DNA from: Dehalococcoidia bacterium
Lineage (GTDB): Bacteria; Chloroflexota; Dehalococcoidia; Dehalococcoidales; CSSed11-197
Direction: 5' to 3'
DNA: 51,616 bases
Assembly (NCBI GenBank): GCA_003552785.1
Contig: PUOQ01000084.1
Location: 1 to 51,616, forward strand
The notes below the pieces were generated by a model that was not told where the DNA came from, made no database searches, and saw only the letters and a program-made list of their open reading frames with translations. This document shows positions 11,371-19,186 of the stretch, in pieces (the stretch's first letter is position 1; each line of letters starts with the position of its first letter). A program made the translations under genes and the position numbers.

Positions 11371-11921
11371 TATAACTCTCCCAATTTAAAAAAAGTGGCA
11401 ACACTGTCCCCATGCCTGAGTTCTTTAAACATTTCCAGCGAAGCATAAGCCGGTTTTAACGGCAGACGCGTCGAATGAGTAGAGCAGAGTATGGTGTCCT
11501 TGCCAACCAGATCAGAAAGCGCCAGTTTCTCGATAATACTATCGATTTCTGGACTACTATAGGGTGGATCCATCAAAATAAGATTGTACTCCTTGTTTAG
11601 TAACTGAATCGCCCGGGAAACATTTAATCTATATACTTTAGCTCTATCACTAAATCCAGTAGCAGCCAAATTTTCCCTGATTATAGCACAACAACGTTTA
11701 TCCTGGTCAACAAAATCCACCCAGCCGGCACCCCTGCTTAATGCCTCGACACCAAGAGATCCACTGCCGGAAAAAAGGTCAAGCACAATCGAGTTTTCTG
11801 CCCCCATATTTTCCAGCGAAGAAAAAATTGCGCCCCTGACAAGCTCGGTGGCGGGACGCGTCGGGGTACCTTTTGGCATCTTTATTGGGTGGCCTTTTGC
11901 CTGTCCGGCAATTATCCTCAT
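11370..11921 (-). CDS. rsmD: 16S rRNA (guanine966-N2)-methyltransferase RsmD
   Basis: 183 aa with MRIIAGQAKG, TRPATELVRGAIFSSL, LDLFSGSGSLGVEALSRGA and a DPPY motif. It overlaps coaD by 1 nt. Confidence 0.85.
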   Translation of the reverse strand: MRIIAGQAKGHPIKMPKGTPTRPATELVRGAIFSSLENMGAENSIVLDLFSGSGSLGVEALSRGAGWVDFVDQDKRCCAIIRENLAATGFSDRAKVYRLNVSRAIQLLNKEYNLILMDPPYSSPEIDSIIEKLALSDLVGKDTILCSTHSTRLPLKPAYASLEMFKELRHGDSVATFFKLGEL

Positions 11922-11982
11922 GAGAGTTATTATATAGCATATTTAGCATACGTCCAAAAGTCTTTTACCCGCACATATTAAC

Positions 11983-12048
11983 TTGACACACCAATCAATA
12001 ACGTGCTACATTACTAATCAATTATTTAATGTACATAAGTATGTACAT
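11983..12048 (+). promoter_or_regulatory. Putative promoter plus duplicated palindromic operator upstream of the yefM-like gene
   Basis: TTGACA (11983-11988), 18 nt, TACATT (12007-12012). Two copies of the self-complementary octamer ATGTACAT follow at 12029-12036 and 12041-12048, 12 bp centre to centre. Confidence 0.5.
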
Positions 12049-12063
12049 TTTTTGGTGCATATC

Positions 12064-12309
12064 ATGCTTGAAGCAATATCAGCAACCCAGGCCCGCCAGC
12101 AACTGCTCCCGATACTGGAGCAGGTAAACGCTGAAAGAAAGCGGTACATGGTAACCCGGCACGGTAAACCAGTAGCTGTAATCATGAGCTATGAAGATTT
12201 CTCCCGTATTGAAACTACCCTGAGGCTGTTTGATAATAAAGAGTTATCACGAAATTTTAATGAAGGCCTTAACGACGAAAGGGAAATGCGGCTAAACCCT
12301 TTTGAGTAA
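12064..12309 (+). CDS. yefM: Phd/YefM-family type II antitoxin
   Basis: 81 aa; MLEAISATQARQQLLPILEQVNAERKRYMVTRHGKPVAVIMSYEDFSRIETTLRL matches the Phd/YefM pattern. I chose the ATG at 12064 because the track start at 11983 coincides with the -35 box. Confidence 0.8.
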   Translation: MLEAISATQARQQLLPILEQVNAERKRYMVTRHGKPVAVIMSYEDFSRIETTLRLFDNKELSRNFNEGLNDEREMRLNPFE

Positions 12310-13102
12310 GCTGCCGGTAAGAATGAACCAGATACTTATTACTGACCAGGTAAAGAATCGACTAAATCAACTAAACGAGTTTGAAAAGACCCGATTCAGG
12401 CGCACCATTCGGCAACTGGCAATAAATGAATTGCAGGGAGTTAAGCTATGGGGCAGACGGGGTCTTTTCATCTACGAGTTTGCCACCGGAGACAGTATAA
12501 TCTACCGAAAACAAAACGGTGGCAGTGAAACGATTATTCTCGGCCTCTCTGTCAAATCTTCTTCTGCCGGGCAAAGAATAAAGGTCTCGGCGGTGGTTCT
12601 GGCTGCTGGGAAAACTGCCTCGCCTTTCGAGTTGCCGCTTCCTTACATGGTAGGCTCACTTTTAGACGGTGGTATTGACGACCTTATAGTTGTACTCGGT
12701 CAACAGTCGGAGCAATTCAAGCAAGAGCTTACTGATCAACCGGTAAAAATAGTCACCATCCCTGAAGGCGAACAGCAACTGAGCCGCTCAATTCGTAAAG
12801 GACTGAAAACAATAGCCCCGGACTGTGGAGCTGTCTTGCTGACCCTGGGAACCCGTCCTTTCATCAGGCCCGGCCTGATAAACATTTTGATCCGTAGTTA
12901 CAAACTGGAAAACACGCCCATCCTTGTGCCGACCTTTGAACACGAGCCCGGCCACCCGGTTGTTTTCTCACCCGGAATATTACCGGAGTTTATGCGGTTA
13001 AAAGGCAACACCGGAGGCAAGGCTGTACTAAAACACCACAGCCAGGATCTTCGCCACCTGGAAGTAGAAGACCGGGGCGTAATTGCATGCCTGGGTTCAT
13101 AA
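12302..13102 (+). CDS. Fusion protein: N-terminal RelE/ParE-fold toxin-like domain plus a degenerate MobA/MocA-like NTP-transferase domain
   Basis: 266 aa; it overlaps the antitoxin stop by 8 nt (TTG at 12302; an alternative ATG is at 12323). Residues 8-85 fit the RelE/ParE pattern. Residues 95-266 fit MocA-like (VSAVVLAAGK, IVVLG, PGHPVVF), but the LAAGxSxRMG and GDxP motifs are altered. Confidence 0.6.
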   Translation: MSKLPVRMNQILITDQVKNRLNQLNEFEKTRFRRTIRQLAINELQGVKLWGRRGLFIYEFATGDSIIYRKQNGGSETIILGLSVKSSSAGQRIKVSAVVLAAGKTASPFELPLPYMVGSLLDGGIDDLIVVLGQQSEQFKQELTDQPVKIVTIPEGEQQLSRSIRKGLKTIAPDCGAVLLTLGTRPFIRPGLINILIRSYKLENTPILVPTFEHEPGHPVVFSPGILPEFMRLKGNTGGKAVLKHHSQDLRHLEVEDRGVIACLGS

Positions 13103-13144
13103 TGATCAATAAATTCAACCGGATAGAATGGAGTTAAAAGAAAA

Positions 13145-14155
13145 ATGAGGATGATTTTCGTTTGCATCGTTGCTGCAATCACAAGCATAAGCATGTTGCT
13201 CGCAGGCTGCACCAATCCGAATAAACCTGTCGGCATGGCAGTTGAGTTCAATGCTCATGCAACTTCAGCATACACAGCTCTCGAAAAAGGCTGGTATGCA
13301 GAGGAGGGCCTTTCCTTCACTGCACACGAGAGCTATGTCACAGGAATGGCTCTGGCTTCCTCACTTGCACGCGGCGATATCGGAGTAGCATATATGTGCC
13401 TTGTGCCTGCTATTACTGCTTACGCCAATGCAGGGGTAGATTTGAAAATAATAGCCGGCACCCACAAAGATGGTTACGGGCTGGCTGTTAATCCGGATAA
13501 AATCAAAGCCGTCGATGACCTTCAAAATCCAGGAATACGTATAGCCAGTGTTCAACCCGGTGGCGCAGTAGATGTAGTACTTAACAAAACTATAGACTAT
13601 TTTGAACTGGATAAAAAAAAGGTTTTGGACAATACATTGCGCATGAACCCGGCCCGAGCCTTGATCTCAATACAATCAGGCCAGGTTGATGCTGTTTTTC
13701 TTCCTGAACAATGGTCCAGTATGGCCGAAGAGCATGGTTTTGAAATGCTCTTGGAAAGTAAAGACGTCTGGCCGGGGCTGCAGGGAGGGGTTCTGGTAGT
13801 GAAACAGGAACTTATTAACAGCTCGCCTGAAACAATTAAAGCACTGCTTAAAGTAGACTCAAAAACAGTTGACTGGATAAACTCAAACCCGGAAGAAGCC
13901 TCGCAAATTCTCTCAAGTGCCATGCAGGGAACAATAAAACAGGAAAAGCCGACTGATTCTGCATTCGAAACTGCAGCCGGGTTTGACTACTCACCAGAAG
14001 TGATGCTGAGAGCCATCAACCGTATTAATTTTTCACCTGCAATTGAGATCTCGGGCGTACAGGAGGTGATAGACTACCTGGAGGAACTGGACTATATTAG
14101 AAGCAGTTTCCCGGCAGAAGAAATAATGGATTTGAGCTTCCTTCTGGCGGATTAA
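13145..14155 (+). CDS. ABC transporter substrate-binding lipoprotein, NMT1/SsuA (NitT/TauT) type
   Basis: 336 aa with a signal peptide and lipobox (LLAGC). The overall pattern is NMT1/THI5-like (GVAYMCLVPAITAYANAGVDLKIIAG..DGYGLAV). Confidence 0.8.
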   Translation: MRMIFVCIVAAITSISMLLAGCTNPNKPVGMAVEFNAHATSAYTALEKGWYAEEGLSFTAHESYVTGMALASSLARGDIGVAYMCLVPAITAYANAGVDLKIIAGTHKDGYGLAVNPDKIKAVDDLQNPGIRIASVQPGGAVDVVLNKTIDYFELDKKKVLDNTLRMNPARALISIQSGQVDAVFLPEQWSSMAEEHGFEMLLESKDVWPGLQGGVLVVKQELINSSPETIKALLKVDSKTVDWINSNPEEASQILSSAMQGTIKQEKPTDSAFETAAGFDYSPEVMLRAINRINFSPAIEISGVQEVIDYLEELDYIRSSFPAEEIMDLSFLLAD

Positions 14156-14161
14156 CCGGAT

Positions 14162-14935
14162 ATGAAAGGCGTCAAAATCATTCTTAAAAAGTTGAACCCC
14201 GGCTGGGGAATTGTTCCCATTTTTATTTTTTTAATTATCTGGGAGCTGGCTGCCCGATTTAACCTCGTCCCCGGTCAGTTTTACTTTCCTCCTTTTTCAG
14301 AAGTTATGGCCGAGTTTTTTAACCTGGCATCAACCGGGGTCCTGGGTGATAACTTCCTTGCCAGCCTGTGGAGGGTCCTGGCCGGTCTTACCGCCGGTTC
14401 ACTTGCCGGTGTGATGCTCGGGGTAATAATGGGATGGAAGGAAATAGCACATAAGTCATTAAACCCGATAGTCAGCCTGTTTTTGCCCATCCCGCCACTG
14501 GGCTGGTTGCCCCTGCTGCTGCTGTGGATAGGTATCAATGAATGGCTTCCCATTACCATAATATTTATTTCATCTTTCTTCCCGGTGCTTTATAATACTA
14601 TCGCCGGCATAAAAAGTGTCGACAAAGATTATGTAAAGGTATCGCGCACCCTGGGTGCATCTGACATCAAAATCCTTACCACGGTGGTCATGCCACTGGC
14701 ATTACCCATGATTTTTACCGGTCTAAGATTAAACGCAGGCCATGCTTGGCGGGTGGTAATCGCGGCTGAAATGGTCGCCATACCCACAGGCATAGGGGCG
14801 CTTATGCTTCGTGCTGAAAGCCTGATCCGGATTGATATCATTATAGTATGCCTCATCGTACTGGCCGTTATGACATTTATATTTGACAAGTTGTTCGGCT
14901 ACATGGAGAACAAAGTGACCGCCAAGTGGAGTTAA
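14162..14935 (+). CDS. ABC transporter permease (NitT/TauT family)
   Basis: 257 aa with 6 TM segments and an EAA loop VSRTLGASDIKILTTVVMPLALPMIFTGLRL. Confidence 0.85.
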   Translation: MKGVKIILKKLNPGWGIVPIFIFLIIWELAARFNLVPGQFYFPPFSEVMAEFFNLASTGVLGDNFLASLWRVLAGLTAGSLAGVMLGVIMGWKEIAHKSLNPIVSLFLPIPPLGWLPLLLLWIGINEWLPITIIFISSFFPVLYNTIAGIKSVDKDYVKVSRTLGASDIKILTTVVMPLALPMIFTGLRLNAGHAWRVVIAAEMVAIPTGIGALMLRAESLIRIDIIIVCLIVLAVMTFIFDKLFGYMENKVTAKWS

Positions 14936-14936
14936 C

Positions 14937-16022
14937 ATGCCGAATATTGAATTAAAAAACATAAGCAGATATATATGTAAAAACATTAACCTCAAAATCA
15001 ACGAGGGTGAACTCATGGTGGTTCTGGGTCCATCCGGTTCTGGAAAAACGACTTTACTCAATGTTATTGCCGGACTTACAGACTATGAAGGTTCAGTAAG
15101 TTTCGACAACAAACCGGTTGACGGCATTGATGCCAGCCACCGTCGTATAGGATACCTTTTTCAGCAACTGGTACTGTTCCCCCATATGGATGTTAAAAAA
15201 AATATTGCCTACAGCCTGGAATTAAACAAGCTTCCCCGCAGCGATATAGAAAACCGGGTTGACGAACTGTTGCGCCTTGCAAAAATAAAACACCTTGGCA
15301 ACCGCTACCCAAAGTATTTAAGCGGAGGCGAAAAACAAAGAGTGGCCCTGGCCAGGGCCCTGGCCCCATCACCCAAAGTGCTGCTGCTGGATGAACCTTT
15401 AAGCAGCCTCGACCTGCAGACTGCCAAATACCTCAGAATGGAACTGAGGCAATTTCAGAAAAACCTGGGTATAACCATGGTATACGTAACTCATGACCTT
15501 TCCGAGGCAGAAGAAATTGCCGACCGAATAGCGGTCATGAACCATGGCAATATCGAACAGGTAGCAACACCTGACGAAGTGTTTTTCTTCCCTGAAAACC
15601 AGGTTGTTTCCAATTTTATAGGAGCTCCGAATATACTGGACTGCTGCTCATGTCGAAAATTGGAACAGGGTGTAGTTGAAGCCGACTGCAACGGCTTGCC
15701 GGTAATTGTTGCACATGAAGGCAACTCGGTGAATCGTATCGCTTTCCTTCCAAGGGATATTTTCCTGTCAGAAACCCGGCCACCGGGCCCTGGAGTTAAC
15801 CGTTTTGAAGGTAATGTAAGCGACATACGCTATACAGACGACTCGGTACGCGTTACAGTAGATGTACGCAGCCATCAGCTGGTAGCTGAAGTTCCCTACC
15901 ATCTTTTTGAAGATATGGCGCTGGCACCGGGTAAACATGTATATTTGATTTTAAAACTGAGGCGAATCCGTGTTTACGATTGCAACTGTAATGACAGAAT
16001 GCACGACACAGGGCTAAAATAA
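14937..16022 (+). CDS. ABC transporter ATP-binding protein with a C-terminal TOBE-type regulatory domain (ModC/CysA-like architecture)
   Basis: 361 aa with Walker A GPSGSGKTT, signature LSGGEKQR and Walker B LLLDEP. A tail of about 120 aa follows, NFIGAPN...NRFEGNVSDIRYTDDSVRVTVDV...GKHVYLILKLRRIRVY. Confidence 0.88.
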   Translation: MPNIELKNISRYICKNINLKINEGELMVVLGPSGSGKTTLLNVIAGLTDYEGSVSFDNKPVDGIDASHRRIGYLFQQLVLFPHMDVKKNIAYSLELNKLPRSDIENRVDELLRLAKIKHLGNRYPKYLSGGEKQRVALARALAPSPKVLLLDEPLSSLDLQTAKYLRMELRQFQKNLGITMVYVTHDLSEAEEIADRIAVMNHGNIEQVATPDEVFFFPENQVVSNFIGAPNILDCCSCRKLEQGVVEADCNGLPVIVAHEGNSVNRIAFLPRDIFLSETRPPGPGVNRFEGNVSDIRYTDDSVRVTVDVRSHQLVAEVPYHLFEDMALAPGKHVYLILKLRRIRVYDCNCNDRMHDTGLK

Positions 16023-16087
16023 AATGTCTCCAAACATCTACATTAAAAAGCAGAGAAAATAATTACAAAGAAAGGTAGGTCTAAGCC

Positions 16088-16891
16088 ATGTCATTAGCAA
16101 GCTTAAAAATCCTGGTAAGAGGGGCCGGAGAACAGGCAACAGCAATCGCCCACCGCCTGCATCAATGTCATTTCAGGGTAGTCCTCACTGAAACGTCCCG
16201 ACCTGAAGCGGTCAGGAGGGAGGTAGCATTCAGCGAAGCGGTACATGACAAGGAAAAAACCGTTGAAGGTGTTACAGCACGGCTTGTAAATTCTCCTGAC
16301 GATGTATTCGGGACCTGGCAAAATGTTGAAATCCCACTGTTAATTGATCCTGAGGCAAAGGTAAAAACGGTTTTAAAACCTGACGTTATTATTGATGCAA
16401 CCATCGCCAAAAAAAACCTGGGCAATAAAATGGATGACGCCCGGCTGGTAATCGGTCTCGGAGTGGGGTTTCATGCCGGCAGAGATGTGGATGTTGTAAT
16501 CGAGACCAATCGCGGCCATAACCTTGGCCGGGTTATCCGGCACGGAGAAGCTGAAGCTGATACCCGCATACCCGGCAGCATAATGGGCTACACCGAAGAA
16601 CGCGTGCTGAGAGCACCGCAGGATGGGGTTTTAAATACCCATTACGCCATCGGTGATATCGTAAAGTCCGGTGATGTGGTAGCCGAAATAAGTGGAGCCC
16701 CGATCAAAACAGTTATCGGTGGAGTAGTGCGGGGGCTACTTAGAAATGGTACCACCGTACACAAGGGCATGAAATGCGGTGATGTCGATCCTCGCGGTAT
16801 CAAGGAATACTGTTTCACCATTTCCGATAAAGGCAGAGCTCTGGGCGGAGGTGTACTGGAAGCTATCCTTGCTGAATTTAATACACATTAA
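16088..16891 (+). CDS. yqeB: YqeB / EF2563-family selenium-dependent molybdenum hydroxylase system protein
   Basis: 267 aa; ILVRGAGEQATAIAHRLHQCHFRVVLTE..PEAVRREVAFSEAVHD matches my memory of the EF2563/YqeB family N-terminus. This is recognition only, with no search run. Confidence 0.7.
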   Translation: MSLASLKILVRGAGEQATAIAHRLHQCHFRVVLTETSRPEAVRREVAFSEAVHDKEKTVEGVTARLVNSPDDVFGTWQNVEIPLLIDPEAKVKTVLKPDVIIDATIAKKNLGNKMDDARLVIGLGVGFHAGRDVDVVIETNRGHNLGRVIRHGEAEADTRIPGSIMGYTEERVLRAPQDGVLNTHYAIGDIVKSGDVVAEISGAPIKTVIGGVVRGLLRNGTTVHKGMKCGDVDPRGIKEYCFTISDKGRALGGGVLEAILAEFNTH

Positions 16892-16908
16892 CAGGGGGCA
16901 ACAGGTTT

Positions 16909-17508
16909 ATGCAAATAAGGGATCTAAAAAGAGTTAACGCTTTATGGCGAGATATTTACCCCTTCCTGGCAGCTCAGGCCATGGAACTCTATGGCAAAAG
17001 GGAAGGAGACGTTCTTGAACTCGGCCCGTTCTCAGGGGGAATAGCAATCGAACTGGCCAGCAACTATCCGGGAGTTAATATAACTATCGCCGATGAGCGT
17101 AATGAAATGCTCGAGTCTTTTAAGAGCCAAGTCTCGGAATGTCGATTGGAAAAACGCATAAAAGTAACACAGACGAACCTGGATAAATTAAATTTTGAAA
17201 ACGAGACTTTCAACCTGGTTATCTTCCGGGGAGCTTTTTTCTTTTTACCAGGCACAAAAACACTGCTTCCCGAAATATACCGGGTCTTAAAGCCCGGTGG
17301 TCTTGCATTTGTTGGCGGGGGCTACGGAAAAGATGCCACCAAAGAGGCGATCGAAGCTATAGCAGATGAATCCCGCATTTTAAATGACCGGCTTGGACGG
17401 CGGCGCTTGAGCATTGAGGAGTTGCAGCACCTGGTAGACGAGGCGGGCATGACGCCTGCCACCCGGATTTGTGAAGAAGGCGGGGTATGGCTGGTAATAA
17501 ACAAGTAG
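16909..17508 (+). CDS. Class I SAM-dependent methyltransferase
   Basis: 199 aa with motif I VLELGPFSGGIAIELA and post-I/II elements (ITIADE, LVIFRGAFFF, LKPGGLAFVGGGYG). Confidence 0.75.
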   Translation: MQIRDLKRVNALWRDIYPFLAAQAMELYGKREGDVLELGPFSGGIAIELASNYPGVNITIADERNEMLESFKSQVSECRLEKRIKVTQTNLDKLNFENETFNLVIFRGAFFFLPGTKTLLPEIYRVLKPGGLAFVGGGYGKDATKEAIEAIADESRILNDRLGRRRLSIEELQHLVDEAGMTPATRICEEGGVWLVINK

Positions 17509-18284
17509 CCGGCCTTAAAGGCATCAGCCTGACAACGGCGCTTGAACTATCCAGCCGGGAAATAATAAGCCTGGTCGGAGGTGGAGGCAAGAGCACTCTT
17601 ATGAATGCTCTTGCAAAAGAACTCGAGGGCGCCGGCAATACAGTGATTACTACTACTACTACCAGGATTTTACCTGCCCAGGCTACCGGATACCTCATTT
17701 GCGAAAATAACGAAGACCTCCTGTTTGAAAAAGCCAGACAAAATTTATCTAAAAAACACCACCTGACTCTGGCTGGAGGCCGTGACGGAGAGTACAAATT
17801 AACCAGTATCGGAGTTGACTGCGTCGAAAAAATTGCCTCGATTGCCAGCTATATCGTTATAGAAGCTGATGGAGCCGGCTGCAAGCCGATTAAAGCCCCG
17901 GGCCGAGCTGAACCGGTAATTCCCCGCGCCACAACCATTGTTATCGCCGTTGTTGGCATCGACTGCCTGGGTAAAAAAGTATCAGAAATAGTTTTCAGGC
18001 CGGAGATTGCCTGTGAACTTATTCAAATAAAACCTGATGACACGGTTTCAACAGGCATGGTTGCCAGCTTGATTCTGCACCCTCAAGGTATAACCAAAGG
18101 AAGCCCGCCTGAGGCCCGCAAGGTTGTTTTTATTAACAAAGTAAACAGCGATCTTGAGCTCGCCAGAGCTGTTGAGATTGCAAAAGTTATAAATAAGCAC
18201 TCTAAATTCAGCCATGTTATAATAGGACAGGCTCGGGAAAAACAACCCGTAATAAAAGTATTAAAATCAGGAAAACACAGGTAA
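17487..18284 (+). CDS. yqeC: YqeC-family selenium cofactor biosynthesis accessory protein
   Basis: 265 aa with a P-loop-like ISLVGGGGKSTLMNALA and VITTTTTRI, as in the YqeC family. It overlaps the methyltransferase by 22 nt. Confidence 0.7.
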   Translation: MAGNKQVAGLKGISLTTALELSSREIISLVGGGGKSTLMNALAKELEGAGNTVITTTTTRILPAQATGYLICENNEDLLFEKARQNLSKKHHLTLAGGRDGEYKLTSIGVDCVEKIASIASYIVIEADGAGCKPIKAPGRAEPVIPRATTIVIAVVGIDCLGKKVSEIVFRPEIACELIQIKPDDTVSTGMVASLILHPQGITKGSPPEARKVVFINKVNSDLELARAVEIAKVINKHSKFSHVIIGQAREKQPVIKVLKSGKHR

Positions 18285-18297
18285 ACAGGGGAGAGAA

Positions 18298-19071
18298 ATG
18301 GAACTTGATATTTATGAAGAAGTATCCAGATTAAAAGCTGAGGGTAAAGAAGCCGCGCTCGTAACCCTGATAGCATCCAGCGGCTCGACTCCACGTGGAG
18401 AAGGGGCCAAAATGATGGTTTTAGCCGACGGCACTATCAAGGGAACCATTGGCGGGGGAAGCGTTGAGAGGGAAATAGTTGAAGTCGCCAAAGAAGTGTT
18501 GCGCAAAGGTAAACCGCAACGTTTTAAGTATGAACTGAAAAAACCCGATGAAGGGGTCGGCATGATATGCGGTGGAGACATGGAGGTATTCATAGAGCCG
18601 GTTCTGCAAACACCAATGGTATTTATTTTCGGCGCTGGCCATATAGCCCATTCACTATCAAAAATGGCTGGACTTGCCGGCTTCAAAGTCACCGTTGTTG
18701 ACGACCGCCCTGGATTTGCGACTCCAGAACGATTTCCAGAGGCGGAAAGGACCCTGACCAGCGATTTTGCACAATCGTTTAAGGAACTGAAAATCGGCAA
18801 GGGCAGCTTTATCGTTATCGTTACCTACGGGCATAAAAATGACCAGGTTGTACTGGAAAAAGCTTTGAAAACGCCTGCTTTTTACATTGGCATGATAGGT
18901 TCAAGAACCAAAAACCAGGCTGTATACGACAACCTCAAGCAAAAAGGGGTTACCGATGAAGAGATCAATCGGGTACACGCCCCGATAGGTTTAAACATAA
19001 AGGCCCACACGCCCGCCGAGATTGCAGTCAGCATACTCGGGGAAATGATTCAGGTTAAAAGGTCTGGATAG
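18298..19071 (+). CDS. xdhC: XdhC/CoxI-family molybdoenzyme maturation factor
   Basis: 257 aa with an XdhC N-domain (AALVTLIASSGSTPRGEGAKMMVLADGTIKGTIGGGSVE) and a Rossmann C-domain (VFIFGAGHIAHSL..VTVVDDRP). Confidence 0.85.
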   Translation: MELDIYEEVSRLKAEGKEAALVTLIASSGSTPRGEGAKMMVLADGTIKGTIGGGSVEREIVEVAKEVLRKGKPQRFKYELKKPDEGVGMICGGDMEVFIEPVLQTPMVFIFGAGHIAHSLSKMAGLAGFKVTVVDDRPGFATPERFPEAERTLTSDFAQSFKELKIGKGSFIVIVTYGHKNDQVVLEKALKTPAFYIGMIGSRTKNQAVYDNLKQKGVTDEEINRVHAPIGLNIKAHTPAEIAVSILGEMIQVKRSG

Positions 19072-19186
19072 ATTTAAATCAGCCCGGCCTTTTAATATTT
19101 CTGTATAAGAAGTATTCTTGATTCTTTTCAACCCGGACTTACAACTATTAATATTGAAAAACACCTTGTCTTGCAGGAGGAAACAA

